NCBI GenBank assembly: GCA_008632985.1
Contig: QPGO01000007.1
Location: forward strand, 372,001-436,000
DNA from: Psammoneis japonica
Lineage: Eukaryota
Length of the DNA: 64,000 bases
Direction: 5' to 3'
Made by a program: the position numbers and the translations under genes
The notes under the pieces: model-generated
Databases searched by the model: none
What the model was told of the DNA's origin: nothing
The model's input: only the letters and a program-made list of their open reading frames with translations
In this document: positions 12,898 through 24,966 of the stretch, piece by piece
Numbering within the stretch: the first letter of the stretch is position 1
How the letters are laid out: each line of letters opens with the position of its first letter

Positions 12898-13399
12898 TGA
12901 TAATGATAGCGCCAGAGCTGGTGAAAATGAAAGTTACGCATAGCTTTTCGAATTCTTTGGTTTTGCTGTCCTCTTGTTTTCGAGAGTGTGATTACGGTGT
13001 TGTGGATCTTAATAGAAGTACCTTTATGATGCGTCGGTGCCAGGAAATTTGCTGTGCTGCCACATCTTAGGACAATACTGAAAGTCAATAATCAATTCGC
13101 ACCACAGCTGTAAAGGAGATCAATTGGTGCAAATCTCGGACGAAGGACCCGGTATATTATTTGGTGGAAATACTTTGGCCAGACCGATCAGATTATTGGG
13201 ATGCGATGCACTGTACTGAAAGACAAGCTAATGCAGTACAGTACATCGAAGAGAACCGGGGGTAGTAAGAGATTCCAGGTATTGTCTCGAGCTTGGACAG
13301 CTTTTTAGAGTTCAAATTGTGTGGCTGACCTGTTACGCCGGCGCTGCAAGGCGGATGCGTAGCAACGCTAAAGTAATCGATCGATGGATCGACACCTTA

Positions 13400-15560
13400 T
13401 CCTCTCGCTCTCTAGAGCTAGCTTTTGAGCTCTCAACACTAGAGGGTGAAGAGAGAAGGGCCTAACAAAAGCATCTTCAACGTTTCTAATTCCAACATAG
13501 AGGCAGTATCTAAAGAATCTTTCTTCTCGGCACAGTGTTCGGGACGGCTGCTTTTTTAGTAGCTTTCAGAATACTACTTTTAAAAATCGCTCTTGTACAC
13601 GAGCCAACGGAACTTTGAACTATACTTTCCGCAGTTCCTTGCAACGCCAGAGCTATGTAGAGAAAGTCGCTAAGCTCAGAACTACTGCCGTCGGTACACT
13701 TTGAAAACCGACGAACTCGCAAACACAACGAACGTTTACATTCACCGTAAATTGGTAAGAAGAGAACGATTCCATACTTCTCTGCTACTTTGGTCCTTGT
13801 TACTTTATTGTAATCTGGCCACACCTAAATGTCATTGTCCTTGCGCAACTGACATCCAGCATGCCTTGCTTTTTGCATCAGGACAAATGGCACACTCCCA
13901 ACCTTCACCTCCCACAACAAGTGCTCAGCCTTGGGAAAATGAGGTTTGCCCTCCTGTGGGAATCTATGTCCATCTTGCTTCCAAGGTCTCTGGCAACAAA
14001 AAGACATGCAAAAAATGCAAGGTGAAAGCAGCAAGCTGTGAGCAGAAATGTGTGTGCCACTCACATCCTCTCTCTTTCTCTCATGTCCATTTAACTGTCA
14101 CAGACACAGCATTCCTTTGCTTGAGTGGCTCCAATCAATCCCACCCTGGCTCCGGATGGCATGTTCAAGTCAGCAGTGGCATCAGGAATGGCAAGAGCAG
14201 TGCCATCTGAGCATCATAAATGAACCATGTTTCCATCAAAGGATTTGACAGCACCAACAAAACTCACAATGCTTCCAATGCACTGTCCTGACACCAAGTC
14301 CTCAGATGCATTGATGTGGGGACAGGCTCTGTCTTCTTGTGCAGCCATGGTGAATGCAAAGCAATGCCATGAACAGCGACAAAGCATCACAATGCTCAAT
14401 GCAAAAGGTGACCCAAAAATTGATCTGCTCATAAAATCACATGTCTGAGAGCACAAGTGCAAGCCCTGTGCAGAATCATGTGGCAGTTTGGGTGCGTTGG
14501 CACTCGTGCCACATGGAAGGCTTTTTGCTCATGTTGTTGCATTGTGATGACAATGTTTTGTGTCATTGTCAACATTTTGCACTTGCAGCCAATCAACACC
14601 TGGACAGCAACATTTGGCCAGAGTCAAGGAGGGAGGAAGCATTGACATGGAGGAACTGTGAACAAAGATTTTTGCATGAAAGCACTGTTGACTCACAACA
14701 ACCACTCCTCTCTTTTTTGGTTGGCTTTGCTGTCTCATGGAGTGTGGATGATGCACTTGCCACAATGGCACCTCTCACAACATTGAGTCCCAACCTGCTT
14801 GAGCAAAGCTTGACAAAGCATTGCACTGTTGCACCCTCTCCAGCTCTTTTCTGCAGCTTTTTTCTTCACACCCCCACCCAGAGAAGTTTGCCCTCTCTGA
14901 TGCTCCCAGCTCTCCATGCACTCAAGCTGAAAAACAATGCGCTTCTGCTCTCAAAGCTTTGTTCAGTGGCAAATCTGTCCTCCTGACAAACCTTGTGGTG
15001 GGAACCATGACACCCACATCAGGCCAAAGTTCTGGATGATCAAAGAAGAGGTGGCACCAACTTTCCTCTTGCAGAGTCCCAAGAATTGCAACAGGACCTA
15101 GCACCTGTTCAGGCCACTGCACATTGAACACAGTGGCATGCTTTTGGCTGGCTGCCATGGTGTGAGCCCCTCAGCTGTTTGTTTTGGTCCATTTTGGCAG
15201 CTTGTTCTTCTGAACAACCTTCCAAGAAAAAATGACTTTGTGTTTGCTCTGAACAATGAGCCCTTTTTTGCCATGAATGCCAAGCAACCTCAAACCTCCA
15301 AAATGAGACACACACACACAAACAAAATCTTGCTCATGTTCATTCAAGAGAGCCAAGAGATGGCATCAGCTGTGCTCCAAGCAAGCTTCTGCCTTCTTTT
15401 GGTGGGGCCAAAGCTCATGGCCCTTCTCCTGCAACAGAGAAGTGTCAGATGTTTCTGGTCAGTTGCTCCTTGTTCTCCTCTTGAGCAGCCGCCATGATCA
15501 CAAACAAAGATGCGCATTTGACATTTTGCATGTGAAGAACAGCAACAACCAGCTTTCTTA
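13400..15560. repeat. Copy A of a diverged ~1.7-2.1 kb direct repeat (degenerate gene or TE of unknown family)
   Basis: Collinear similarity to 15730-17480, e.g. CTAAAGAATC, CAACTGACATCCAGCATGCCT, GCATCAGGACAAATGGCACACTCCCAACC, GACAAACCTTGTGGTGGGAACCA, GGTGTGAGCCCCTCAG. Carries an extra ~500 bp at ~14300-14800. Confidence 0.8.
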
Positions 15561-15699
15561 TGCAGATGCAAGATTGCTCCCCATCCTGGGCAGCAACACA
15601 CAAGCATGCAGTGCCAAGGGGGTGCTTTACCTTTTTTGGCATTGCAGCTGAAGTGCAGCATCACTGGAACAAGCAACCAAGCTGTCCACACCTGCTGCT

Positions 15700-15700
<1 letters not shown>

Positions 15701-15744
<44 letters not shown>
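15701..15744. repeat. (CT)22 microsatellite
   Basis: Perfect CT run at the start of repeat copy B; copy A has only a short CTCTCGCTCTCT at the equivalent place. Confidence 0.95.
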
Positions 15745-15746
<2 letters not shown>

Positions 15747-17480
15747 AGTTGGCTTTTGACTTTGCTCAGCACCACAAGAGGGCAAAGAGACAAGAGGGCA
15801 AAGAGAGAAGGGTTTGACAAAAATCATTTGACTTGGAGAAGCAGCATCTAAAGAATCGTTCTTCTCTGCACTTGGCATTCAGGACAATTCCTCTCTCTTT
15901 TCTGTTTTTCAGAACACTCTGCTGCAGAAATTGCATGTGCACATGAGCCAACAGAACTTTGAATTGGTGTTTGGCATGTTGAACGATTGCTGGCCTTTTC
16001 AGAGCTCCATGCAACTCCAGAGCTTTGTTGAGAAAGTCACTGCCCCACAGGTCCTGCTTTGAAAAACCTTTCAACAAACTTGCAAACATGACAAACACTG
16101 TTTGCATCTCTGCAAATTGAAAGGAAGAGAGGGACTCCACAATTCTCTGCTGTTTTGGTCCTTGTCACTTGATGCAATCAGACCACACCCAATGTTGTTG
16201 CATGTCCTTGCCCAACTGACATCCAGCATGCCTGACTTTCCGCATCAGGACAAATGGCACACTCCCAACCTGTGCCTCACACAAGTCCTCAGTCTTGGGA
16301 AAATGAGCTTCACATTGGATGCTGAACATTTTGTTGTGGAAATCCAAGTCCATCTCCTTGCTTCCAAAAGGTCTCTGGCAACAAAAAGCCATGTGAAAAA
16401 ACACACTGCAAAGGCAGCAAGCTGTGAGCAGAAACATGTGTGCTGCTCCCCCCCCCCCCTCTCTTTCATTCATTTTCACTTGTCACTCACAGACAGAGCA
16501 TTCTCAGATAAAGTGACTTCAATCAATTTCACCTTGGCTCTGGATGGCATGCTCAATCAAGTCAGCTGCAGCACAAGGAGCAGCAAGAGCTGTGCTGTCA
16601 TCAGAGCATCACAAATGAACCACATTTCTGTCAAAAGATTTGGCAGCACCAACAAGACTCACAATGCTTCCAGTTCACTGTTCTGACACCAAGTTGGGCA
16701 CTGGGATGAAGCATTGCTGTCACACCCTCCCCAGCTCTTTTCCACACCCTCTTTTCTTTAGCACCCCCCACCCAGAGAGGAGTTTGCCTTTGCCACTGAT
16801 GCCCCTGCTTTCTGTGCACTCAAGCTGAAAAATGATGCTCCAGCTCACCAAAGATTTGTTGAGTGGCAAACCTGCCATCTGACAAACCTTGTGGTGGGAA
16901 CCAAGACACCCACATCACAGGCCAAACTTTAAGATGATCAAAAGCAGAGGTGGCACCCACTGTCCTCTTGTAGAGTCCCAAGGTTTGCAGTGTGGGAACC
17001 AGCACCTGTTCAAGCCACTGCATGTTGAACACAGCATGCTTTTGCCTCTCTATAGCTTCCATGGTGTGAGCCCCTCAGTTGGCTGTTTTGGTTTCTTTTG
17101 ACTTGTTTTTCTGAAGAGCCAAGAGCAGCTGATGATGCCCCCTTTCAAGACAAAATGATTCCATGTTTGCTCTGAACAATGGTGAGCCCTTCTTTGGCAT
17201 GAGTGTCAAGCAACCTTGAATCTCTAAAATGAGAGGCACACAAACAACCTTGCTGATGTTCATTCAAGAGCCAGGACAGCAGCAGCTGTGCCCAAGCAAG
17301 CTGTCTGCTTTTTGGTGGGACCAAAGCTTGTGGCCCTCCTGCTGCAACAGAGGATTGACAGTTGTTTCTGGTCAGTCACTCCTTGTCCTCTTCTCAAGCA
17401 ACCACCATGCTCTGATCACACAAAAAATGACGTGCACGTTTGACATTTCACACAATGAGCAACCAACTTTCCGGTGCTGC
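15730..17480. repeat. Copy B of the diverged direct repeat, fully hypermutated
   Basis: Aligns by eye with 13400-15560. Confidence 0.8.
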
Positions 17481-17799
17481 TAAAATGCATGGTGTGCCAC
17501 CCAACTTGTGGCAGCCAGCAGCTGCTGCAAGTGTTGTGCTCTCCCTTTCTCTGGATCTGGCAGACAGTGCAGCAGATGCCAGAGAGCCCCACCCTGGGTG
17601 GCAGCAACATCACAACACAATGAGAGTCTGCCAGCATGTTCAAATGCTTGGGAACACTGAAATGCAAAACACTGTGGGGTGATCAAAACAGAGAACACTC
17701 AAGCCATTTCTGCTTTGTTGCATTCTCCTGCTGCTCACACTGACACTCTGTTGTCATTGAAGCAATCAAAACAAAGAAGATGTTGCCAATGCACAGTGT

Positions 17800-19860
17800 T
17801 TTGCTTGGAGCTCAAAATGCCAATGCATTTGATGCTGATGACAACAGTGAAGAATGGCTCTCTTTTAATGAAACACACCTGCAAGAGTCAGAGCAATGAT
17901 GATTTGTGCTCTGCACACAATGAAGTCATGGAAGACAATGAGTTGGAGTGGTCAGCTGCCAACCAACATGCTCCAGTTAAGACTTTGTTAAGAGACAGTC
18001 AATTTTTTTGGGCTGTTTTGTTGCCGACAGCCAGGGTGATGGTGAGTTGGATCTCACGGTGATGATGGAGCTGTGGATGTGTCAACTTGGAATGAAACTG
18101 CCAGACCCTCTGTTGTGACACCAGCTTGGAAAAAGCAGCACAAAAGCAACTCTGTTGCTCATCACTGGTTTGAGGAGAGGAGCTTTTTTTCATTTCTCTT
18201 GACTTGGAGACTGGAGACCGGTGGTGACTGATGCAGAGTTCTTCAGCTGTTGGCACAGTTGTTGGATCCAGAGGGCAAGACAGTTGCAGAAGACTTTGAC
18301 AAGTGGTTCAACCCCCTGAACAAGCAATCTTCAATCCAAAAGTGACAGAAACACCTGGCATCAATGAGAGTGACCCTTGCATCATGAGCGCAGAGACCAC
18401 ATTCAAGTTGTTTGGATGAGATTTGTTGAGCATGTGGAAGATGACATTGACGACAGTCAAACTGGAATTGTGGTGGTCTGGAATGGTCAGACATGTGACA
18501 TGGAGTGGATCTGCAGGATGCTTCATTCGCAAAAGCACTTTCATCGTGCACTGAAAATGAGTGCCAAAGTTGCAACTTTTTTGTGGATCTGCACCATGTC
18601 ATTGCCAAGCACCACCCAGGTTGTGAGCTGCACCCCAACAAATTGCAGCTGCCAAACTTGCAGCTTGGCCTTGTCCACAAGTTTGCAAGTGGTCAGCTGT
18701 TTGAAAATGCTTGCAACTCACAGGCAGATTGCAAGGCACAGTCTGTCATCACATTCAATGACAGGTTCAAGAAACACTGGAACAAGCAACTGTTGACAGT
18801 CTTGGTTCAAAAATCTTGTCAAAGAAAAACAAGTGCATCATCTGCAAGCAGAGAATGAGCCAACAAAAGCAATTCATGAAGCTTGGAAAGCAGACCATGA
18901 TGCTGAAGACTGCGAGCACATGAGAATTTTGACTTTTGCATCTGCCTGCAGTGGTGGGGGGCAGCGGGCCTGTCTGGTGCACTGTCAGAGGTCTGCTGCA
19001 CTGGCAACCTTTCCATGAGCAGATTCTTCCTGTGGCATGAGATGAGGTGCCAGAGATGTGACAGCAAAGGAGTCCAATTGTTGTGCTCATGGTGAATGGG
19101 CAGAAGAGGCACCATGCAATGAAAGGAAATCATGAGTTGCTTTTGGAAGCTTGATGAAAAGACTCCCACCACCAGGCACAGCAGAGATTGGCATGCTGTC
19201 AGTGCAAAAAGACTGTGCACTTAATTTCATTGACATTTCTGACAAGGACAGCACAGCATGCAGCACAAGCCTTTGAAGCAACAGGTGGCACCTTTGGTGT
19301 TTTTTCTTTTCCCTCGACAAAGTCATCTTTTCTTGCTTTGTCATCACAATGTGCCACGCAAGCTCCTCTTGGTCCAAGCCAGACTGTAAATGGCATCTTG
19401 ACAAAGACCAAAGCAAGTGCAGATTCCAAGTTGACTTGGGACTTGCTTCAACAGAGGCAGGAATGCAAATGGGCTGGTTGGCTCCATGTGAAAAAGACAG
19501 GGACAATGCTGTGAATGGATGGTGCATCGAGCACACGGTGGGTGCGCACCTTGCAGGCACAACAAGTGTTTCTTCTGCAAAACCAAGAAAACTTAGGGGG
19601 TTTCCCACAAGATAAGTTGTGCAGTGTCTACACCAGATGATGCCAATGCCAACAAGCACACAAAGAAAGAGAGGGTGACAACATCAAAATGCAGCCAGCG
19701 GTGTGTCACGTGCTTGAGGAAACAGCATCAACAGGTCGGCGAAGACGAGACGTGGGATGACACCGCACTGTGTTGCCATGGAATGACTAAAGGGTGCAAA
19801 CGTTGTAATGAACCGGTCTGCAAAGGTTGCTGGCCAAACCACAGGCATAAAGGTGAGACT
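17800..19860 (+). mobile_element. Possible piggyBac-like transposase remnant
   Basis: Ends in a Cys-rich motif RCVTC...GCKRCNEPVCKGCWPNH, like the piggyBac C-terminal Cys-rich domain. The upstream part is too degenerate to confirm the DDD core. Confidence 0.4.
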
Positions 19861-20046
19861 TGTTGTTTGACACGTTTTACGAACAGCGCGTGTGCTTTGT
19901 GGTGCTGCGTGGGTGCGCGCGAGCGCGGAAAAACGAGCGAGAAAAAATAACGTCGGGTCAGTTTTTTTTCTTTGCAACGACCATGGCCCATGGCCGGCAG
20001 AACGAAGGTGGCATAAGCGGCAGTGACAAATCGAAGAATCTCAACC

Positions 20047-21240
20047 ATGGGAAATTATCTTTCACTCACGTGGATTGTTCAATACATCAAGAGGTTGTTT
20101 ACAACTGCAATACCACGTTTTCTTTTTTCTGTCCGAGTTGAAAAAATGATCGCCGACATTCGAAATCATAACCGTGTTGACGGCACTCACGCCATGTTGC
20201 AACTCCAGGATGCGATTTCATACGATGGTGAAACTGCCATACAAACCATTTTGCGAAAGAATGACGGCGTGAGTGCCATTCTTTGCTACATGCTATTGAA
20301 TCGAGACAACGTTTTTGGGCAGTGGGCGGGTTGCAGAGTTCTAGAAGCAATTGCATGCAGCGGTGAGAAGGGGAGGCGAGCAATTTATAAAGCCCAAGGG
20401 TTTCGAATCATTCCTGCAGTCATTCGAAACGCCATGAAACATACTCCGCACAATGACATTGAAGAAAAGTTGGTCATGGTTGGCGTCAAGTGTGTGCTCA
20501 ACACATTCTCTGGATTGGTTCTTGACAACGTTTCGGATCTTACGACGAATCTCGAGACTGGAGGAGGCATCCAAACTGTTGTTGCACTGCTGCAGCATTC
20601 CTATCTTGATGCGGAAGTGAAAAAGATTACATGCCTTTGTTCTATTCAAGCATTGACAGGAATCATGACGAACACTTTAAAAAGCGATCAGCCAAAAGCT
20701 CTCGCCTTTGTGCTTGCCGAAATTATCGCGTGCGGTGGTGTTCCCGCCATTCTTGCACTCATAAAGAACTTTCCATTTGACTTGGATGTCCAAGAAGGAG
20801 GATGCATGACAATCAAGTTGCTATCCGACAAGCAGATGGGAGGCGATCCGTCTGCAGTCCTTGCGGCGGGAGGCGAACGCATCATAAAGGACGCACTGCA
20901 ACGCCATTTGGAACATGACCTAGTTCGAGACGCTGCATCCGAGACGCTTTACCACCTTGGAGACATTGTTCCTCAATGCCGCTTTTGCAAACGAGAATCC
21001 GAAAACATGTTGGTGTGTAGTGGGTGCGATATTGCTTGGTATTGTGACCGTGATTGTATAGCGAGCGATTGGGCGAATCACAAAGCTGCGTGCAAAAAGC
21101 CAGTTGGAAGCCAGACAAGATTGCAGGAAAGATGCGGCTGGCAGATTATTAAAGTTGGGTTTACAGGACTGAAGGTCATGCTCAGACAAGTGCTTTTGAA
21201 CCAGTCCGATTGGGGAATTAAGTACATCCAATCTCAATAG
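20047..21240 (+). CDS. Armadillo-like repeat protein with MYND zinc finger
   Basis: ARM-like segments (GGIQTVV, GGVPAIL, DVQEGGC) and MYND motif CRFC...CSGCDIAWYCDRDCIASDWANHKAAC. The 3' end may continue into 21245-21574 via splicing or a frameshift. Confidence 0.75.
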   Translation: MGNYLSLTWIVQYIKRLFTTAIPRFLFSVRVEKMIADIRNHNRVDGTHAMLQLQDAISYDGETAIQTILRKNDGVSAILCYMLLNRDNVFGQWAGCRVLEAIACSGEKGRRAIYKAQGFRIIPAVIRNAMKHTPHNDIEEKLVMVGVKCVLNTFSGLVLDNVSDLTTNLETGGGIQTVVALLQHSYLDAEVKKITCLCSIQALTGIMTNTLKSDQPKALAFVLAEIIACGGVPAILALIKNFPFDLDVQEGGCMTIKLLSDKQMGGDPSAVLAAGGERIIKDALQRHLEHDLVRDAASETLYHLGDIVPQCRFCKRESENMLVCSGCDIAWYCDRDCIASDWANHKAACKKPVGSQTRLQERCGWQIIKVGFTGLKVMLRQVLLNQSDWGIKYIQSQ

Positions 21241-21794
21241 CGTCGTGACGTCGCAGAAATGGAACATTGGCACATGGCGAAACAAAGAAGATACACATCT
21301 TGCCGTCGCTTGCCACATGCCTTTCTCAGACTTTCCGGATTTAATAGATGGTGCTGTCATGAGAAACACATTAGAGATTCCTACGAGCAGCCATGTTAAG
21401 GCCACGACAGCCGAAGTTGTGCGCACCGTTTCTCGACGATCCGCAGACTTCGCACAGAGCTGGCGAATTTGTCGCGATAGACGTCGTGATACCGTGTTTC
21501 CGTCTCCAGGGCATCCCATGTTTCCGAAAATCAATATCCGGGAAAGGGCCCGGATGTGTATGTCGCATTTTTAGGAGGAGTCGTTCAGTCATTCAGCAAT
21601 GAGCCAAATGTGCTTCAGCAAGACCAGAAGACCGAAAAGACAGTTCCCACTATTTGTATAGAGACTACCAAGGTGAACTACAGTAGAAAGTAAGTCTGTA
21701 GGGCGACCATGGTAAAGATCGCTTCACAGAGCGAGAGTCCAATAACTACTCATTCTTAACACATCAACATTGTGAGCTTCCCCCGAACTCTGGC

Positions 21795-23597
21795 TTATTC
21801 CCACTCAATCGTGGCGGGAGGTTTGGAACTAATATCATAACACAACCGGTTGATACCCCTCACTTCATTAATGACCCGACTTGACATGTTTCCCATGACT
21901 TCATAGGGCAAATGATAAAAATCTGCCGTCATGTAATCGGTAGTTTCGACGCACCTTACCGACGCCACATTTTCATAGGTTCGTCCATCTCCCATGACAC
22001 CGACACTCTTGACCGGCAAGAGCACAACAAAGGCTTGTCCAATCTTACGGTAATGGCCCGACTTGTGCAATTCTTCAATAACAATAGCATCGGCTTCCTG
22101 TAAAATCTTGACACGTTCCGCCGTGACTTCGCCCAGGATGCGAATCGCCAGACCGGGTCCGGGGAATGGATGACGCCAAACCGAATTCTCCTCAATGCCC
22201 AGAGCAACACCCAACTCCCGGACTTCATCCTTGAAGAGCTCGCGGAGGGGCTCAATGAGCTTGAGCTTCATAGTGGCGGGTAATCCACCGACATTGTGGT
22301 GGGTCTTGATTGTAGCCGACGGTCCCTTGTACGAAATGCTTTCAATCACGTCGGGGTACAGCGTTCCCTGAAGGAGAAACTCACACTTGCCACTCTCCTT
22401 CTCAATCTTTTCTGCTTCCTCTTGAAACACGTGAATAAAAGTTGTTCCGATAATACGACGCTTCTCTTCTGGATCCGTCACGCCCTTGAGTAGACCCAAG
22501 AATCGATCTGATGCATCGACACAACGCAGATTGACACCACAATCTTCTTTCATTCGCTTCAACACCTGCTTGGCTTCGTCTTTGCGAAGACACCCATTAT
22601 CGACTAAAACAGCATGGAACCGATCTCCAATCGCCCTCGTCATGAGTACCGCCGCCACGGTAGAATCGACTCCACCACTGACGGCCCCAATCACGTGACC
22701 TGTCGGTCCAACCTTTTCTTGCACCTCATGAATGAATTCTTGCGCATAGTCCGTCATGACCCAATCCGGTTCGGCTCCGGCGATTTCAATGACAAAGTTT
22801 TTCAAAATATCCTTTCCCAAGGGCGAATGTGTCACTTCGGGATGAAACTGCAATCCCCACATTTTGCGCTCGGTGTGCTCAATGGCGACAAAGGCGGCAT
22901 TGTCGGTGCTACCGACCGGTTTGAATCCCTCTGGGACCTGGTGGAGTTTGTCACCATGGGACATCCACATGACGAATTCTTCCGGCAAGCCGTCAAACAA
23001 TTCACTGTTGCAACCCTCGACGCGACTCACAGTGGCTTTTCCGTATTCGCGCTTGAGACCGGGAGCCACCTCGCCTCCAAAGACGTGAGCGAGTTCCTTT
23101 TTCAGAAAATATAGAAATGAGAAAAATTGAGATTCATTCAATATGTTTCACCATAATATGGACTAGAGTTGTACTTGACTTCACTTACTTGCATTCCGTA
23201 ACAAATTCCCAACACTGGAATATGACGTTCTTCAATCAACTTCCACAATTCCGGTTCGACATGAGGCGCTCCTTCTTCATACACCGAGTTGGGTCCACCG
23301 CTCAGAATAATGGCAGTCAGTTCGTGTTCGGCCAATTCCGACGCCTTGACAAGACAAGAATACAGCTCACAGTAGACATGCATTTCACGAACGCGCCTTG
23401 CAATCAAATGAGAATACTGCGAACCAAAATCTAAAATGGCAACTTGGGGGCTGATGCAATACGAAAAAAAGGTGAGAAGTGCTGAAGTGAGCAACGCAGT
23501 ATATGCCGTTCATGACTGCTCCTTTTCAAAATTCTGGAACTCACCGTCCCAGGTTTCCTAGACGAGAGGACTGCTTGAGGTATTCCTTAGCATCCAT
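21795..23597 (-). CDS. guaA: GMP synthase (glutamine-hydrolysing), three exons
   Basis: [51 protein letters not shown] and C-terminal [13 protein letters not shown] introns at about 23452-23544 and 23100-23188. Confidence 0.96.
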
Positions 23598-23882
23598 GAT
23601 ATACCGATACTTTGCAACAGAGACAAAGAGATTAATGTTCCTATCTGCGTCCCTCTTCTGATGTTTTGCACACCACAGAAAAAATCAAAAAAATGCAGAA
23701 GAGATTGCGGTCGGCGGAAGTGCGCGCACTGGTGGTTTTGGCGCGCCTCGCGCCTTTCGCGCACAACAAAGATCGCGCGATACGAGCGATGGACGGACAT
23801 TTTGGCGCGCGGTCTTGCCATCGGCCGCGGTCACAAACCACAAAAAATCCAATCCGCGAGTCACAAACGAGATGCCTCCACC

Positions 23883-24824
23883 ATGACGACGACGACTCAA
23901 CTAAGACGCATCCCACATGTTGCGCTACTCCTACTATCATGGCTATCATTACAATGTTCATGTTATCCACTTGTAGCAACAGTTCCTGAAGATGATGATA
24001 TGGTAAGTATTTTCTTCCAAGCAGACTTGTGTGACGACGCACTTCTTACTGAGTGTTCTCATACTCTCGCTGTGTCGCGTCTATATGTGTTTTTGCAGTG
24101 CTATCGTTTCAACATTCCCGAGGATGATGACGCCCACATGGTATTTGTAGCGCTTCCAGGTGATCACGTGGACGATACCACAGAAGAATGGTTTGTCACT
24201 CAGGTGGAGGAATTAATCAAGGCTCGCACCACGACACCGAAACGCGTGCTTCCCCGGAGCTTTGTCAACAAGCAGCCACCCAAAGAGGTGCAGAGGAGTA
24301 TGGATGACTTTTTACAACACCACAACAAAAAGAGAGATGAAGGAATCAAGCTATCGATTGAAAAACCACGTCGTCCGGCACAAAGGGCTCAGGATTTGCA
24401 TTGGTTTAGACCGGTTGTGATTAATCATGTCGAACGCGTGCACAATAGACACATGGATTTCGATTCGGGTTATGCGATTTGTTTTCAAAATCACAACGAA
24501 GACGACGAGGGCATTGTTGTTTTTGATATTGTGCTTGTTTCGGAAAAGGAAGAAAAAGAAGAATTAGCGCAACAAAAGTCAATTACAAAGGAGCACTTGA
24601 CGCCGCTCGAAGAGAATTTGCACGAAAGCATTGATGCGGCGGAATCCATTCTCAACGAAATGGTTTATTTGGAAAAACGGGAAGGGCGCATGCGGCAAAC
24701 CGCGGACAGTATCAATTCCAAAGTGAGACTCTTTTCGTGGTTGTCGGTGATTATTCTATTGAGTGTCACATATGTGCAAGTGAAATATCTCAAGAGATAC
24801 TTTCACAAAAAGAAGTTGTTGTGA
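23883..24824 (+). CDS. p24/emp24/GOLD-family cargo receptor
   Basis: Signal-peptide-like N-terminus, coiled coil (LEKREGRMRQTADSINSKV), TM helix and tail YLKRYFHKKKLL. Probable in-frame intron at ~24003-24098. Confidence 0.8.
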   Translation: MTTTTQLRRIPHVALLLLSWLSLQCSCYPLVATVPEDDDMVSIFFQADLCDDALLTECSHTLAVSRLYVFLQCYRFNIPEDDDAHMVFVALPGDHVDDTTEEWFVTQVEELIKARTTTPKRVLPRSFVNKQPPKEVQRSMDDFLQHHNKKRDEGIKLSIEKPRRPAQRAQDLHWFRPVVINHVERVHNRHMDFDSGYAICFQNHNEDDEGIVVFDIVLVSEKEEKEELAQQKSITKEHLTPLEENLHESIDAAESILNEMVYLEKREGRMRQTADSINSKVRLFSWLSVIILLSVTYVQVKYLKRYFHKKKLL

Positions 24825-24966
24825 GGGGAAAGTTGAGAGGGTAACAAGCAGAAAAAATATTCCAGTACCTAATCACGCTCTCTTTCTCAACTGATGTACT
24901 GTGCCGTGTGTGCGTCTCGATTAAACGTGAATATTTACAATACCCTACGGGAGCAACGAGGATTAA

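Larger units (their letters stand above)
13830..19900. other. TpA- and CpG-depleted hypermutated domain 2
   Basis: Only about two dozen TA dinucleotides in ~5.8 kb by manual reading. CpG is also rare until ~19700. The left edge near 13830 is abrupt. Confidence 0.9.

Noticed and set aside
1..19900. Dozens of overlapping Cys/His-rich ORFs in all six frames within the two TA-depleted blocks
   Set aside because: A by-product of TAA/TAG depletion in hypermutated DNA; not real genes or metal-binding proteins.
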